This document shows positions 52,301 through 64,000 of a stretch of DNA of 64,000 bases, piece after piece. Each line of letters starts with the position of its first letter. The stretch's first letter is position 1. Origin of the DNA: Octopus bimaculoides. Taxonomy: Eukaryota. The stretch is from positions 42,664,041-42,728,040 of the forward strand of contig NC_068983.1 of the NCBI RefSeq assembly GCF_001194135.2, in the 5' to 3' direction. The notes beneath the pieces were generated by a model. It was given only the letters and a program-made list of their open reading frames with translations, made no database searches and was not told where the DNA came from. The translations under genes were made by a program, and so were the position numbers.

Positions 52301-52783
52301 CTTAGGGGTGAAAATGAGAGTATTTTAACATGTAATTTTTTGCTTTCTACCGATATTAAAACTGTAGACGATACGGGCCAACATTAATATGAACCAGACT
52401 TACTATTATTATTATTACAATCATTATTATGTGGAGCAACAACAGGCTTCAGGCATCAATCCGCATGAACGTACCAGGCACACTACAAACATATGGATTG
52501 TAAGAAATACACTGGAAAATAGTCGACCAACTTACACTGAATGGTGATATAAAAACCTGACTGAAGCCACGAACACATTGGAAATACATACATGGGCACA
52601 CACCAGAAGCAAGCCGAAACGTCGAAGTCCCTAACAGGCTTTTTTCATTGAAAAAGGTTATACATATAAAATGGAGGCAGCACACACACTCAACAAGCTA
52701 GAAATAGCAGCCAAATTTCCTATAAACACGTCCTGACAAAATAGAAATGACACAGTCCGGGACAGTCTATATACCCGGCCTAC

Positions 52784-52886
52784 CCCAACTCCTCAAAAGA
52801 CGGATGTAATATCTCTGAACATAAAAGTCTGCTCGATCAGAAATCGACAAAGGATCATAACAATCGCAACAACAATATTCCGAGAC
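52784..52886 (-). CDS. Candidate second coding exon (103 nt, VSEYCCCDCYDPLSISDRADFYVQRYYIRLLRSW)
   Basis: tttctag acceptor and GGG|GTAGGC donor; phase 0-1 fits the exon at 54706-54774 and the microexon at 42692-42718. Confidence 0.25.
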
Positions 52887-52922
52887 CTAGAAATCCAAGC
52901 GATTTTGGAGTGGTGCTGGCTT

Positions 52923-52976
<54 letters not shown>

Positions 52977-52984
52977 TCCGGTGG

Positions 52985-53037
52985 CCAATCCAGACAACAT
53001 ATAAACCTATGAGTGGTGGCGGTCAATAGAGTTCAGT
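52985..53037 (+). promoter_or_regulatory. Core-promoter-like CCAAT / TATAAA / TCAGT arrangement
   Basis: CCAAT 52985, TATAAA 53000, Inr-like TCAGT 53033 (A about 30-35 nt after TATA); CpG-rich context. Confidence 0.3.
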
Positions 53038-54705
53038 GACCGACCTACTAACAACAGCAGCTACAACAATATGTCGCGTGGATTATAGACATACACACGC
53101 AGAGCAAGAAAAGAAACAAGACAAAGTTTTAGCAGTTTGATGGATTTCGAGAAAGTCATTAAAAACAAGCAATTTTTTTCAACATTACAATTAAACACAC
53201 ATATATAACTGAGAGAGAGAGAGGGGGGGAGAGAGAAAGAGACAGACAGAGAGATAGTGTGTGTGTGTGTGTGTGTGTGCGCAATTTGGTGAATGAGTTT
53301 ATGAAAAACGAGAAAATGTACTGAATACGTAGTATTTGTATATCTTATTAAAAACTGAAGATTCGCGAATCGTTCATTTGACTTTCACGTTGTCGATTAT
53401 CGTTTGTATATATATATAGCACATACAATTAACGAGTCTGTTAGCAACAATGAGGTTAGCTGCAACTAGCAAAAACTACTCCATACGTGGAGGGTACAGT
53501 TGGAAAACTTGCTTAATACAGAAAACTCTTAAATTTTCGAAGAATCTTCTTTATCCAACACTCAAATGCTGAATTAACTCTAGATTTCGTTCAAGAGCCT
53601 ACGTTTTCAGTACGGGGCACTATTGTTTGAAGTTACTTAACTATATATATATAAGGAGAGAAAGAATTGTATATTTAAAAATAACAGGAGTAAAAACAAA
53701 CTACATGGAGTAAGATTAATTTATCTATTTGAAGCGGATTAAGGTCGTCGTTACTCGGAGTTCCTAACTTTCGGAATCGTCTTCTGTACCATTTAAGAGG
53801 GTAACGAAGAACCGAGTAGCGGCGGAGTTGAATTATCAACTTCTAAAGAATGTGTGTGTGTGTGAGTGAATGTGTGAGAATTAGTGTTTGTGTGTGAGTG
53901 TGTGTGCGTGTACGCGCGCATATTCGCCAAAAGATCGAATTCTAGACCCATAGTTTGATAGTTGATTGATGAACGGCATACAAACGTGTAAGTACACGCT
54001 ACATATATATGCATGCATGCATGCGTGCTTTGGTGCACATGTTTCTGCATTACGTATTTGCGTGTGGGTAAGCATGTGTCTATGCACATGCTTTATTATG
54101 AAACATATTTAGCGTATATTTATCACACAGAAAAATACTAGAGTAAGCAAAGCAAATAAAATTAATTTCCAACTAACTTAGCCACAATAGTGATGCTCTA
54201 GTATGGTCACAACCCTTAGGCTGGAAATAAAAAGAAAAGCAAACACGTATCACCACCAGTTTATTTATATATATATATAATTAAAATGTACATATATATA
54301 TATATATGCATATATACATACATATATGTACATATATATATGTATATATACATTTTATTTATATTATTATATGATTGAACGCCACGCATCCATTTCCAAG
54401 TAAGTTTATCTTAAATGTTACTATTATATAATTTAACAGAAGTTCTACGGAACTTTCATCTGCTATTACGTTATTTTACTCTGTTGTGTATTGAGTACTT
54501 TTTCTTGTGTCCGTAATTGCACAAACTTAGATTCTCCTAATTAATATACTATAGTAGTATATAGATGTGAGTGCACGCGCGAGATGCGTGAATTTGTAAC
54601 TAAGTGACTTGATCTTTCTGTAATGTTTTTTTCTTTTTTCTCTCTTTCTTAGTTCAGACAGACATTTATTTATTTAAGAAAAAAAAAAAAAAGCCATTTC
54701 CTCAC

Positions 54706-54774
54706 CTTGATATCTTTTTCTAAGATCGCAGCCGATGGCCTCCGCGTTCGACTTAACATCGGAACTAAGGACAT
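54706..54774 (-). CDS. Candidate first coding exon MSLVPMLSRTRRPSAAILEKDIK of an unidentified long-intron gene
   Basis: ATG at 54774, 23 codons, strong AAG|GTGAGG donor, CpG-rich; upstream candidate acceptor at 55161 and donor at 55478 (5' UTR exon). Confidence 0.4.
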
Positions 54775-54873
54775 GTCTGTTGGTCAGATTTATTTGTTAA
54801 CCGCAAAAAATTAAAAAATAAAAATGGCACCGGCACGGAGAAGAAGACAGGAGGCAAAAGTATAGAGTATCTA

Positions 54874-54877
<4 letters not shown>

Positions 54878-54938
<61 letters not shown>
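54878..54938. repeat. (TA)n microsatellite
   Basis: Seen directly. Confidence 0.95.
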
Positions 54939-54944
<6 letters not shown>

Positions 54945-55966
54945 ATATGAGAAGAAAGGAGCTTGGTCTTGCACTGGTAGAGCAACCACGCTCGGGTCGT
55001 TTATATGTCCACACACATGACGGTGACACTGTATATGGAGAAGTAAGAAGACTCGAGTTTTAAAGGCATGGACCGACTTGATGTGAATGAAGAGAAAGAG
55101 TATCTCTCGTGGAAGTTGTTAACAGTTGTAAGCCCCCTCACACTCAATACTACTGCTGCTGCTGTTGTTAAGAAATACACAACTCAATTAGAAACCCCTC
55201 CCTCTCTCTCTCTCTCTCATTCACTCTCTCGCCCACTCTTTAAAACATTCACTCAACTAATTCGATAACTCTCTCTCTCTCTCTATCACCCACATACTCT
55301 CATCTACTAATTAAATCTTCCTCTCTCTCTCTCACACACACAATCACTCTCTCTCTCCCTTATTCACACTTTTACACACACTTACTCGCTCACTCTTTCA
55401 CACACATTTACTAATTAAATATCTCTCTCCTCCTCCTCCTCTCTCACTGCTTAAGGGCGAGTCACTCCATCGACTCACAAACACAAATCCTAACAGCAAA
55501 GTAACAGGATCAGCGAAGTCAGTAGTAACGAGAACAGCCGTTTATAGCAGTAAATTACTATTTTCTGAAGGGTTCACCCTCCTCCTACACACAAGAGTTG
55601 TTGGCTTATTTTTGTTTCGTACTGTATTTTTTTTCTTTTCTTTTCCATCATTCGCCCACCACTTTTCATTCATCGGAATCCAACGGTGAATATTGCATAA
55701 GGTTATCAGACCCAACGAGCAGAAATTGGAGGGAGTTAAGAAAGCAGTCAAACAATACAGAAATGTGTTCATGATAACGAAAAATCAGCGATGTAAATCG
55801 AATAGTGTTAATATAAACAATGCGTTCTGATAATTAAATGGTCGTTAATTCAATTATTAGAGACTCGTTTCGTAATGATTTTGAATGCGTCTCTCGGCTT
55901 TTGTTTAAGTTATGGATATGAAACAGGACTACCAATATAAGTTTCCCAAACAACTGGACAGACCGG

Positions 55967-56209
55967 TAATTCTCAACCAGAGTCCATATGACCTGGGAAG
56001 GGGGTTCCAGGTAAGATTTAGTAAAAATTTATGTGCAAAAAATCTTATACTTCTATAATGCTCAAAATATTAAAAAATTTTTAATATAATTCCAAATAAT
56101 ATTTAATTACAGAAATATAGGATTTTTTTTTTAAATTCGAATGGTTATGAAGGTCCGTCCAAATTAGGAATCAAAGGTCTTTTTAAAATGATTGAGAAAC
56201 ACTGAGATA
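55967..56209. mobile_element. hAT-type MITE
   Basis: cggtaattctcaacc..gattgagaaacactg; TSD-like ggacagac/agatagac. Confidence 0.6.
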
Positions 56210-57216
56210 GACGTAAATAAAATATTAGACATCTTAGCGAGTTTATATAATAATTAGCCAATTGTTTAGCTATTTTATTGAATAAAAAATAAGAGTATAT
56301 ATTTAAATGATGCTAAATATATATCGTAATCCAACATTGAAGAAAATAACAGAATACGGGATCGTGAGAAATGGAGAAAAATGAATAAAAGAAATACATA
56401 AGAAAACGGCATTTGATGATGGTGTGTATATTGATTACACAATTGATAAAATAGACAATGGATAAGAGACCACGTGCTGACAAATAGGAGCTAACGTGCT
56501 CTGTTGAAGCAGAATTGAATGTATTCTATTAAATTGGCGGGATAGCCATGGCATACAAGTTTGGAAAACTCGGGGTGGGGTACATTTATAAAAAATAACA
56601 GCTGATTGTCGCCAAATGGTACTTCACCAAGAATTACAGTCACGTCAATGTACATCTGAAATGTACATCTAAGATAAATAAAATTCCTTTGGTAATAATC
56701 AAAAATGGGGTGACAGCGCTAAGCAGTGATGGGTATAAAACATATGCTCGAAGAGAGTTCGAACCCGCAAGAAAGCCTTTCGATGCACTTTATCAGGGAG
56801 AAAATGTTTCACTGTAAACAGAAAGCTGTAAAAGAAAAATGAATAAAAGAAATACATAAGAAAACGGCAGTTTGCTCCTTTCTGTCAACAGCGAGAAATT
56901 TCATCCACGACAAAATACAGTGGAAGGCCATCTTGAAGGTTCGAATATGCCTCAAGCATATTTGAACTTTGTTAAGTTTGTGTTGATAATAATTGTTTAG
57001 AATTTCGGTACATGGCACAGAATTTTTAAGGGAGACACTTTTAGTGGATACTATTAACCTCGGCATTTAACTGGTGGACGTATTCTATTGCCTTTACCTA
57101 CCCAAACTCTGCAAGGAGGGAATAAAAGGTAAAACTGACCTCAGCAGATATTGAGCTCCGAACGCGAAGAGCCAAAACGGATTACAGCAAAGTATTTTTT
57201 ATTACGCTCTAACGCA

Positions 57217-57630
57217 GTGTTTCCCAACCATTTTTTGCCCATGGACCTCGTCTAATTCCCATTTTACATTGCTGGATTCTCACAGCCATTCGAAATTTTT
57301 AAAATTCTGTTATATGTTTATAATTAAATAATATTAAAAATTGTATTAGAATACTTGTTAAAATATTTTTTGTGTGGTAAAAATAAACATAACCAGTTTA
57401 TTGCACATTAATATTAGCAACAAAATCTTATGTGGACCCCAGGATCGGCTCAAGGTACCGGCAATTTGGGCAGTCGTCCGTCGTCCGGGGCGCCATGTGT
57501 TTGAGGACGCCAAGGAGGGAGTGACAAAGACAAGGAAATTTTCACGACAATCAGCTTGCCCGGGGTGCCAGCAACCCTAGAGCCGGCCCTGGCCCCCACA
57601 AGGACCAGATGGACTGTTGAGAATCACTGA
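57217..57630. mobile_element. hAT MITE containing a GC-rich nested MITE (~57440-57590)
   Basis: Host cagtgtttcccaacc..gttgagaatcactg; insert caggatcggctc..gagccggccctg. Confidence 0.6.
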
Positions 57631-57829
57631 ACGATTCGGTCAACGTGGCATCTGCCTTTGATAATAATTATCTGATTTGTCACAAGTTTGGCAATTTTGA
57701 GGGTAGGGATGGGGATAAGCTGATACTATCGTCACACTTCGCACCTCGACGGATTTTCAGCTCAGAACGTAAAAAGTCAGATGAAATATCGCAAGGTATT
57801 TACTTCAACGCTCTAACGATTCTGGTGGA

Positions 57830-58380
57830 GGGGCAATGATCCAGTGGTTAGGGCAGCGGACTCGCGGTCATAGGATCGGACGTTGTGAGTATTTATTGGG
57901 CGAACCCTGCTGTACTCTTTCACCACAACTTTCTCTCACTCTTACTTCCTGTTGCTGTTGTGCCTGTAATTCAAAGGGTCAGCCTTGTCACACTCTGTGT
58001 CACGCTGAATATCCCTGAGAACAACGTTAAGGGTACACGTGTCTGTGGAGTGCTCAGCCACTTGCACGTTAATTTCACGAGCAGACTGTTCTGTTGATCG
58101 GATCAACTGGAACCCTCGACGTCGTAAGCGACGGAGTGCCAACAACAACTAACGATTCTGCCAGCTCGCCACCCACCTTAATAATGTTGGTTTCAAATTT
58201 AGGCAAAAGGTCAGTAATTTTGGGGAATGGGGTAAGTCCATTACAGTGCTTATTTTATCGACCCCGAGAGGATGAAAGGCCAAGTCGACCTCGGCGGAGT
58301 TTGAACTCAGAATGTAAAGGCGGATGAAATGCCGCTAAGCATTTCGCCCGGCGTGCTAACGTTTCTGCCAGCTCGCCAAC
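57830..58380. mobile_element. SINE D (+, 57830-58150) tail to tail with SINE C (-, 58150-58380)
   Basis: Family matches; CpGs retained. Confidence 0.85.
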
Positions 58381-58769
58381 ATACTTTTATAATAGTAGAA
58401 ATACAAGTGTAGCTTCAAAATTAATTGCAAGCTTTTTTTTTTTATCTGTCCGCGGATGTCGTCCTGACCGGTTTCTCTTCTCTTCGGAATCTCACCAGAG
58501 AACGTTGTACCTCTTTCGCCTGTCTACCGAGAGACTAAAAGCGTGTAGTTATTTATAGCGAATACAAATCAAGAGTTAGCCAGACCAGACAGTCTAATTC
58601 ATTTGGCAAGGTGGTGAATTAATTAATAATGTATAAAACAACATCTGCTAGATAATTGGAAAGGAGATGTAAGATATACCTTTAATAAGACAATTCAATT
58701 TTACCCCACGAACACAAAAGCATTTGTTTACCTTTCAAATGTGCTCTGTGTGTGTGTGTGTACAATCAC

Positions 58770-58960
58770 ACACAAAAAGCTGCAGCTATACTCATCTGTT
58801 AAACCAACAACCATGCACGCCAGTGAAACCTGGAAGACAGCGAAGATCTCTCAATTGCTGGACGGGTCCCATCTTCGCTGCCTCCGTTCAGTCCTGAGTA
58901 TCTCTTACAGAGACAGGGTGAGAAACAAAAAGGTGACGAGAAGAGCAGGCATGAGAAATC
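58770..58960 (+). mobile_element. RTE-clade LINE RT C-terminal fragment
   Basis: LYSSVKPTTMHASETWKT..HLRCLRSVLSISYRDRVRN matches the RTE pattern LLYGSETW..HxRCLRxIL. Confidence 0.7.
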
Positions 58961-59320
58961 CGGGAGATTTGTACCAAACTGGCATTGAGAGTTACACAAA
59001 CAGCAGACCTTTGCTTAGTGCCAAAGATCCCAGGACCAAATACTGCAACAGCCTGCGTTTCAAGGGCCCACAGCTCCTCAATATCTTCCCCAAAAAGCCT
59101 TAGAGATTTGCATTGAGTGAAAGTAGGTGTCTTCAAAACAAAAGTAAAACTCCTTCCTATCAAGGATTCCGGATGAGCTTACCCCAGGAAACGCAGATAA
59201 GGACAGCAGCATCAAACACACTCATTCACCAAATGATACACGTCAGAAGAGGTTTCAAGTAGAGGTGTAGCAAAGCTAATACCGGTGCCCCAACGCGGCC
59301 GAAACTCTCGAGGTACAAAG
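58960..59320 (+). mobile_element. CR1-group LINE 3' end, frameshifted
   Basis: RTKYCNSLRFKGPQLLNIFPK and ..QIRTAASNTLIHQ remnants, followed by a 3' UTR. Confidence 0.55.
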
Positions 59321-59327
59321 TTTTATA

Positions 59328-59625
59328 CAGTAATCCCTCGACTATCGCAGGTGTTACGTTCCAAAACCTCCCACAGAAATAATTAAAATCTAAAAAAATA
59401 TAAATACCTATCAGCCGCAGAAACCCGGAATACTGAGGAGATCGCGATATAAACTTAAATATATTAGCTAGAAAAACCTGCGATGTACTGAGTGGGTTAT
59501 AGGTGAACGGCAATGTACTAAGTGCGCGATAGGTGAACCGCAATGTACTAAGTGCGCGATAGGTGAACCGCAATGTACTGAGTGCGCGATAAGTGAACCG
59601 CGATGTACTAAGTGCGCGATTACTG
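59328..59625. mobile_element. Tigger-type MITE with four 30-bp terminal tandem repeats
   Basis: TA|cagtaatccctcg..gattactg|TA; unit gtgaaccgcaatgtactaagtgcgcgatag at 59503, 59533, 59563 and 59593. Confidence 0.8.
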
Positions 59626-59943
59626 TATATATTTCTATAGCNNNNNNNNNNNNNNNNNNNNNNNNNNNNNNNNNNNNNNNNNNNNNNNNNNNNNNNNNNN
59701 NNNNNNNNNNNNNNNNNNNNNNNNNNNNNNNNNNNNNNNNNNNNNNNNNNNNNNNNNNNNNNNNNNNNNNNNNNNNNNNNNNNNNNNNNNNNNNNNNNNN
59801 NNNNNNNNNNNNNNNNNNNNNNNNNNNNNNNNNNNNNNNNNNNNNNNNNNNNNNNNNNNNNNNNNNNNNNNNNNNNNNNNNNNNNNNNNNNNNNNNNNNN
59901 NNNNNNNNNNNNNNNNNNNNNNNNNNNNNNNNNNNNNNNNNNN

Positions 59944-60000
<57 letters not shown>

Positions 60001-60008
60001 AAGAGAGA

Positions 60009-60060
<52 letters not shown>

Positions 60061-60779
60061 AGAAATATCAGTGGGTAAATCTGATTAATTCCTTATATCT
60101 AACTAAACGTTTGTCAAGCGTACTCAACAATCGACTGACGGTTGACCGCATGAAACCTTTAGCTGCGATGAATTTGTCAACACGCAACTACACCCGTCTA
60201 CACACGACTAAAATAGCTGTGCATAATTCATTTTCTTTTTTCTTATCAACTTGTACGAAAATCACGCAAAATATTGTATATAGTCGGCAGGCTTAACGCC
60301 GGTTTTTGGCCAGAGAGAGAAAAACGTGTAGTTTAACAAGAGATACTTTTGTCAGGGAAGTTAAAAATGTGTGTTTACGAAAAACCTGTAGGTTAACTTT
60401 ATATCTCTTTTATATAAATAGGAGTGAGTGTGCGTGTGTATACATACGCATATGTATTGATAGATGGGTATCTTTTACTTCTTTCAGTCCTTCGACTGCG
60501 GCCATGCCGGGGCACCGCATTGAATAAATTTTAGTCGAAGAAATCGACCGTAGTACTTATTTTTTAAAAAACCTGGTACTTATTCTATTGGCACTCTTTG
60601 CCGAACCGCTAGGTTCCATACCATCACCCGTTGTCAAGTAGATATCAGGTCATCCCATAAGTTCTGTCTGATTTTACCTTGTTTTTTTTTTTAATTGAAT
60701 GAAATTTAATAGTATTTTAGAATGTCTAATGGAATTTGAAATTATTTTTATGCATTTGTGTACATTTAAACTAATTAAC

Positions 60780-61998
60780 ATGAAAGTATCCAAAGAGCAT
60801 TTAAGGCACATAATGCTTTATGAGTACAAAAAAGGAAACTGCAGCCGAAGCGACTCGAAACATACACTCAATTTATGGGAAAGAATGCTTGAATGAAAGA
60901 ACTTGCAGAAGATAGCTAAGGCGACGAGCTGGCAGAAACGTTAGCACGTCGGGCGAAATGTTTAGCGGTATTTCGTCTGCCGCTACGTTCTGAGTTCAAA
61001 TTCTGCCTTTCATCCTTTCGGAGTCGATTAAGTAAGTACCAGTTACGACTTAATCAGTTTGTCTGTCCTTGTTTGTCCCCTCTGTGTGTAGCTCCTTGTT
61101 GGCAGTTAAAGAAATAAGAAGATGGCTTGCAAAATTCAGAAGTGGAGATTTCAACCTTGAAGATAAAGATCGAACAGGACGTCCAGTTGAGTTTCATGAT
61201 AAGCTCCTTGAGGCATTACTTGAAGAAAATCCTGCATTATTAGTTGAAGAATTGGCAATAAAGCTTAGTTCAAACCGTACAACTGTTCATCGTCATCTTC
61301 AAAAACTTGGTAAGATTCCTAAACTTGGAAAATGGGAGCCTCATGAATTTTCCGAAAGCAACCGCAAATCCCGAGTTGACATCTGCTCTTCTTTCCATTC
61401 TCGCGAACTCGTTTCACCCTTTTTCGATAGACTTGTGACTGGTGACGAAAAATGGATCTTCTATCGAAATATTAAATGTCATAAACAATGGCTTAGTAAA
61501 AGGGAAAAAACTCAACCACAACCGAAAAGGGAACTTCATGGAAAAAATGTTCTTCTCTCTATCTGGTGGGATTGCAAAGGAGTAATTCACTTTGAATTGT
61601 TATCACCTAATGCAACAATCAATGCTCAAGTCTATCAGATATCAGAACGTTTGAACCAAGCTTTGAAGAAAAAAAGACCCGTTTTAGTGAATCGAAAAGG
61701 AGTGATGTTTCATCAGGACAATGCGCGACCCCACATTCCAAAGATCACATCACAGAAGATCGAAGAGCTTGGTTGGGAAAAAATTCCTCATCCACCTTAT
61801 TCTCCCGACTTTGATCCTTCAGACTACCATTTGTTTCGTAGTTTACAGAATCATTTCGCAAGCCGGTGGGAGGTCGAAACTGACATTTCAGAGTTCTTCG
61901 CTTTGAAACCTAAAGAGTTTTACATTGATGGGATTAAAAAGCTTGTAAATAGATGGAAGGAAGTCATAGATAATCAGGGAAAGTACATTGGTGATTAA
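60780..61998 (+). pseudogene. Mariner transposase, disrupted by an early frameshift and a SINE insertion
   Basis: MKVSKEHLRHIMLYEYKKGN (frameshift) AAEATRNIHSIYGKECLNERTCRR | SINE | RRWLAKFRSGDF..WEPHEF..TGDEKW..HQDNARPH..YSPDFDPSDY; 34 residues between the 2nd and 3rd Asp. Confidence 0.9.
60918..61116 (+). mobile_element. Young SINE C inserted in the transposase gene
   Basis: 11-bp TSD agaagatagct / agaagatggct. Confidence 0.9.
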
Positions 61999-62489
61999 AT
62001 TTCAATTAAATATAACATTTGATTACTTGTTTTCTTTATTCAAAATTCGGACAGAACTTATGGGACGACGTGGTAGATAGGACGGACTTCTTACAGTTCC
62101 TGTCGACCAAATCCATTGACAAGGCTTTTGGTCATCCCGGGGTTATAGTAGATGACACTTGCCCAATGTGTCACGCAGTGAGACTGAACCCGGAACAATG
62201 TGGTTGGAAAGTAAGCTTCTTATCATACAGCCACGCCATTTTTTTACATATGTATTTACACAAGCGCACACATAAATAGATACATTTATGCATACATATA
62301 CACATACACACGCCCATAACTGAAATATTATGAATACATCAATTAACCACAATCAATCAATAGCTGCAAGCTCAGTGAGATCTTAATAACAAGCACGCGA
62401 AAAGATCGATTCTGAAAAGATAAAAACGAAGCTGACTGAGAAAGCATTCGAACTCCGTACACAGAGAAACGGAACAAAACCCCACTCTC

Positions 62490-62707
62490 TTACTTGCTTC
62501 CGTCATTAGTGCGGCTATGCTGGGGCACGACCTTGAAGAATATTTTATCGAATGAATCGACTACTAGTTGTTTTGTTTGTTTTTCTTTCTCGCTCTTAAG
62601 TCTGGTACTTATTCTATCAATCTACTATTGCCGAACCGCTAGGTTACGGGGACGTAAACACACCAACACTGAATCACAAGTGGTGGTGACGGCTAGACAG
62701 ACACACA

Positions 62708-62753
<46 letters not shown>

Positions 62754-63385
62754 TTCAATTGAATTAGGTACCTAAGTTGAAGCACCTAGTCAGTCCGGTA
62801 TTATCCGCACAGCTCGAAGTAAGGTGGAAAAAAAATCAAAATAAGCAACAAGATATCAAGTAGTGTTGCAGTACGACCGTTTCAAGCGGCTCCATTTACT
62901 TGAACAATGCAATCATTACATCAATTTAAATACAGTGCCATCATCAGCTGCACAAATAAATAAATAGAATTTTAACCAGTTGAGCCATCATCATTTTTTA
63001 ACGTCCGTTTTCCATGCTGTCATGGTTTGGACGATTTGACCAGAGCTAGCAAGTTGGAAAGCTGCACCAAGTTTCTGTTTGATTTGGGATGGTTTCTGCG
63101 GCTGGATGCCCTTCCTAACACCAACCACTTTAAAGTGTACTGGGTGCTTTTAACGTGGCACCACACGAGCACATTTACATGGCAGCGGCACAGGACTCTT
63201 GCAGACCCCATCGCTTGACAACCGGTACTGGTTTATGTCGCCGAAACTTAGCGGTTCCGCATAAAAAGTATAGAATAAATATCAGACTTAAAAAAAAATA
63301 AATAGTGTGGTTCGATTCGTTGAATTAAAACCCTTCAAGGTGGTGCCCCAGCATGGCCGCAGTCCAATGGCTGAAACAAGTACAT
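62490..63385. mobile_element. SINE B (62490-62710 -), RTE tail (62985-63190 -) and SINE B tail (63200-63385 +)
   Basis: Family matches. Confidence 0.75.
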
Positions 63386-64000
63386 ATTAAATGATTAACA
63401 ACTGCATTACTTAATGTTTTACAATAACGTAATGGACGTCGTGGAATTTGAGACGCGGCTCATAAATGGAGACGTAAGTCACTCATGTATGTGTGTTATA
63501 TGTAACATGTATGTATGTGAGTGAATGTGTTTCGCCGTATATCGGTGAACGTTGTACAGACAAACAATATATTCAAATGAAGTGCAACGAGTTACAAAAC
63601 ACTCTCTTGAAACTTTCCTTGTCAGAAATGCGGTGAGCCAGTGATTGAACTGGTGGAAACCTGTACCAACCGACGCTATTGGTTGTGACGTAATGATGAT
63701 ATAAAATATAATAAATTCCTCGGTAACCAACACACACACACATTATATATTTTATTATATGTATTTATTTTCTCTTAGTTAATAAATAACTCCGACAAAA
63801 TAAATTGGTTAATAGATACCGGGTAGCAAAGATCACAAAATTACTGTGGTGTAACTCCTGTTTATGAGGTAGAAACTCCTTGTTATTTTGGGAACTTGGG
63901 TATATATAAATTTAGTAAATGGAGTAAAACGCATATGTTAACTGAATACTTTTATTTCCCCATTTACTAAATTTATACACACACACACACATATATATAT

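Larger units (their letters stand above)
60645..62073 (+). mobile_element. Mariner (Tc1/mariner, DD34D) transposon, near full length, inserted in a SINE B
   Basis: ~30-bp imperfect TIRs (tcaggtcatcccataagttctgtctga / tcggacagaacttatgggacgacgtgg); TA flanks. Confidence 0.95.

Noticed and set aside
52555-52630. Hammerhead-like ctga..gccgaaacgtcg (and 62870-62900 minus)
   Set aside because: CUGAnGA is not intact and stem II does not pair; at most Penelope debris.
54725-54785. Laminin-G/neurexin-like reading LRVRLNIGTKD on the plus strand
   Set aside because: Only about 10 residues of vague similarity, a weak donor and no other LamG exons.
61069-61116. MFVPSVCSSLLAVKEI as the transposase N-terminus
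   Set aside because: It is the SINE C tail read from a TTG; the true start is ATG 60780.

Overview
Eukaryotic, AT-rich, microsatellite- and retroposon-dense genomic DNA with nine N-gaps. The repeat families make an octopus (cephalopod) origin very likely; this is an inference and no database was searched. Most of the window is interspersed repeats: 5'-truncated RTE LINE 3' ends whose UTR carries a variable number of 66-bp double-hairpin units, at least four tRNA-headed SINE families (labelled B-E here), and hAT/Charlie, piggyBac-type and Tigger/pogo MITEs. There are also Penelope-type remnants with hammerhead-like cores and one near-complete DD34D mariner (60645-62073) split by a SINE. Almost all ORFs in the supplied track are artefacts of microsatellites, repeats or N-gaps; only the mariner transposase is a recognisable protein. 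Splice signals and a CpG-depletion boundary near 50-52 kb suggest that about 1-55.5 kb is the long-intron body of an unidentified minus-strand gene starting near 54.7-55.5 kb. I could not name it and the exon calls are low confidence. The most interesting signals are a textbook recursive-splice-site motif (polypyrimidine-TAG|GTAAGT) at 17401/17402, a possible 27-nt microexon, the expandable 66-bp hairpin array, a MER1A-like hAT element nested in a piggyBac MITE, and hammerhead-ribozyme-like motifs.
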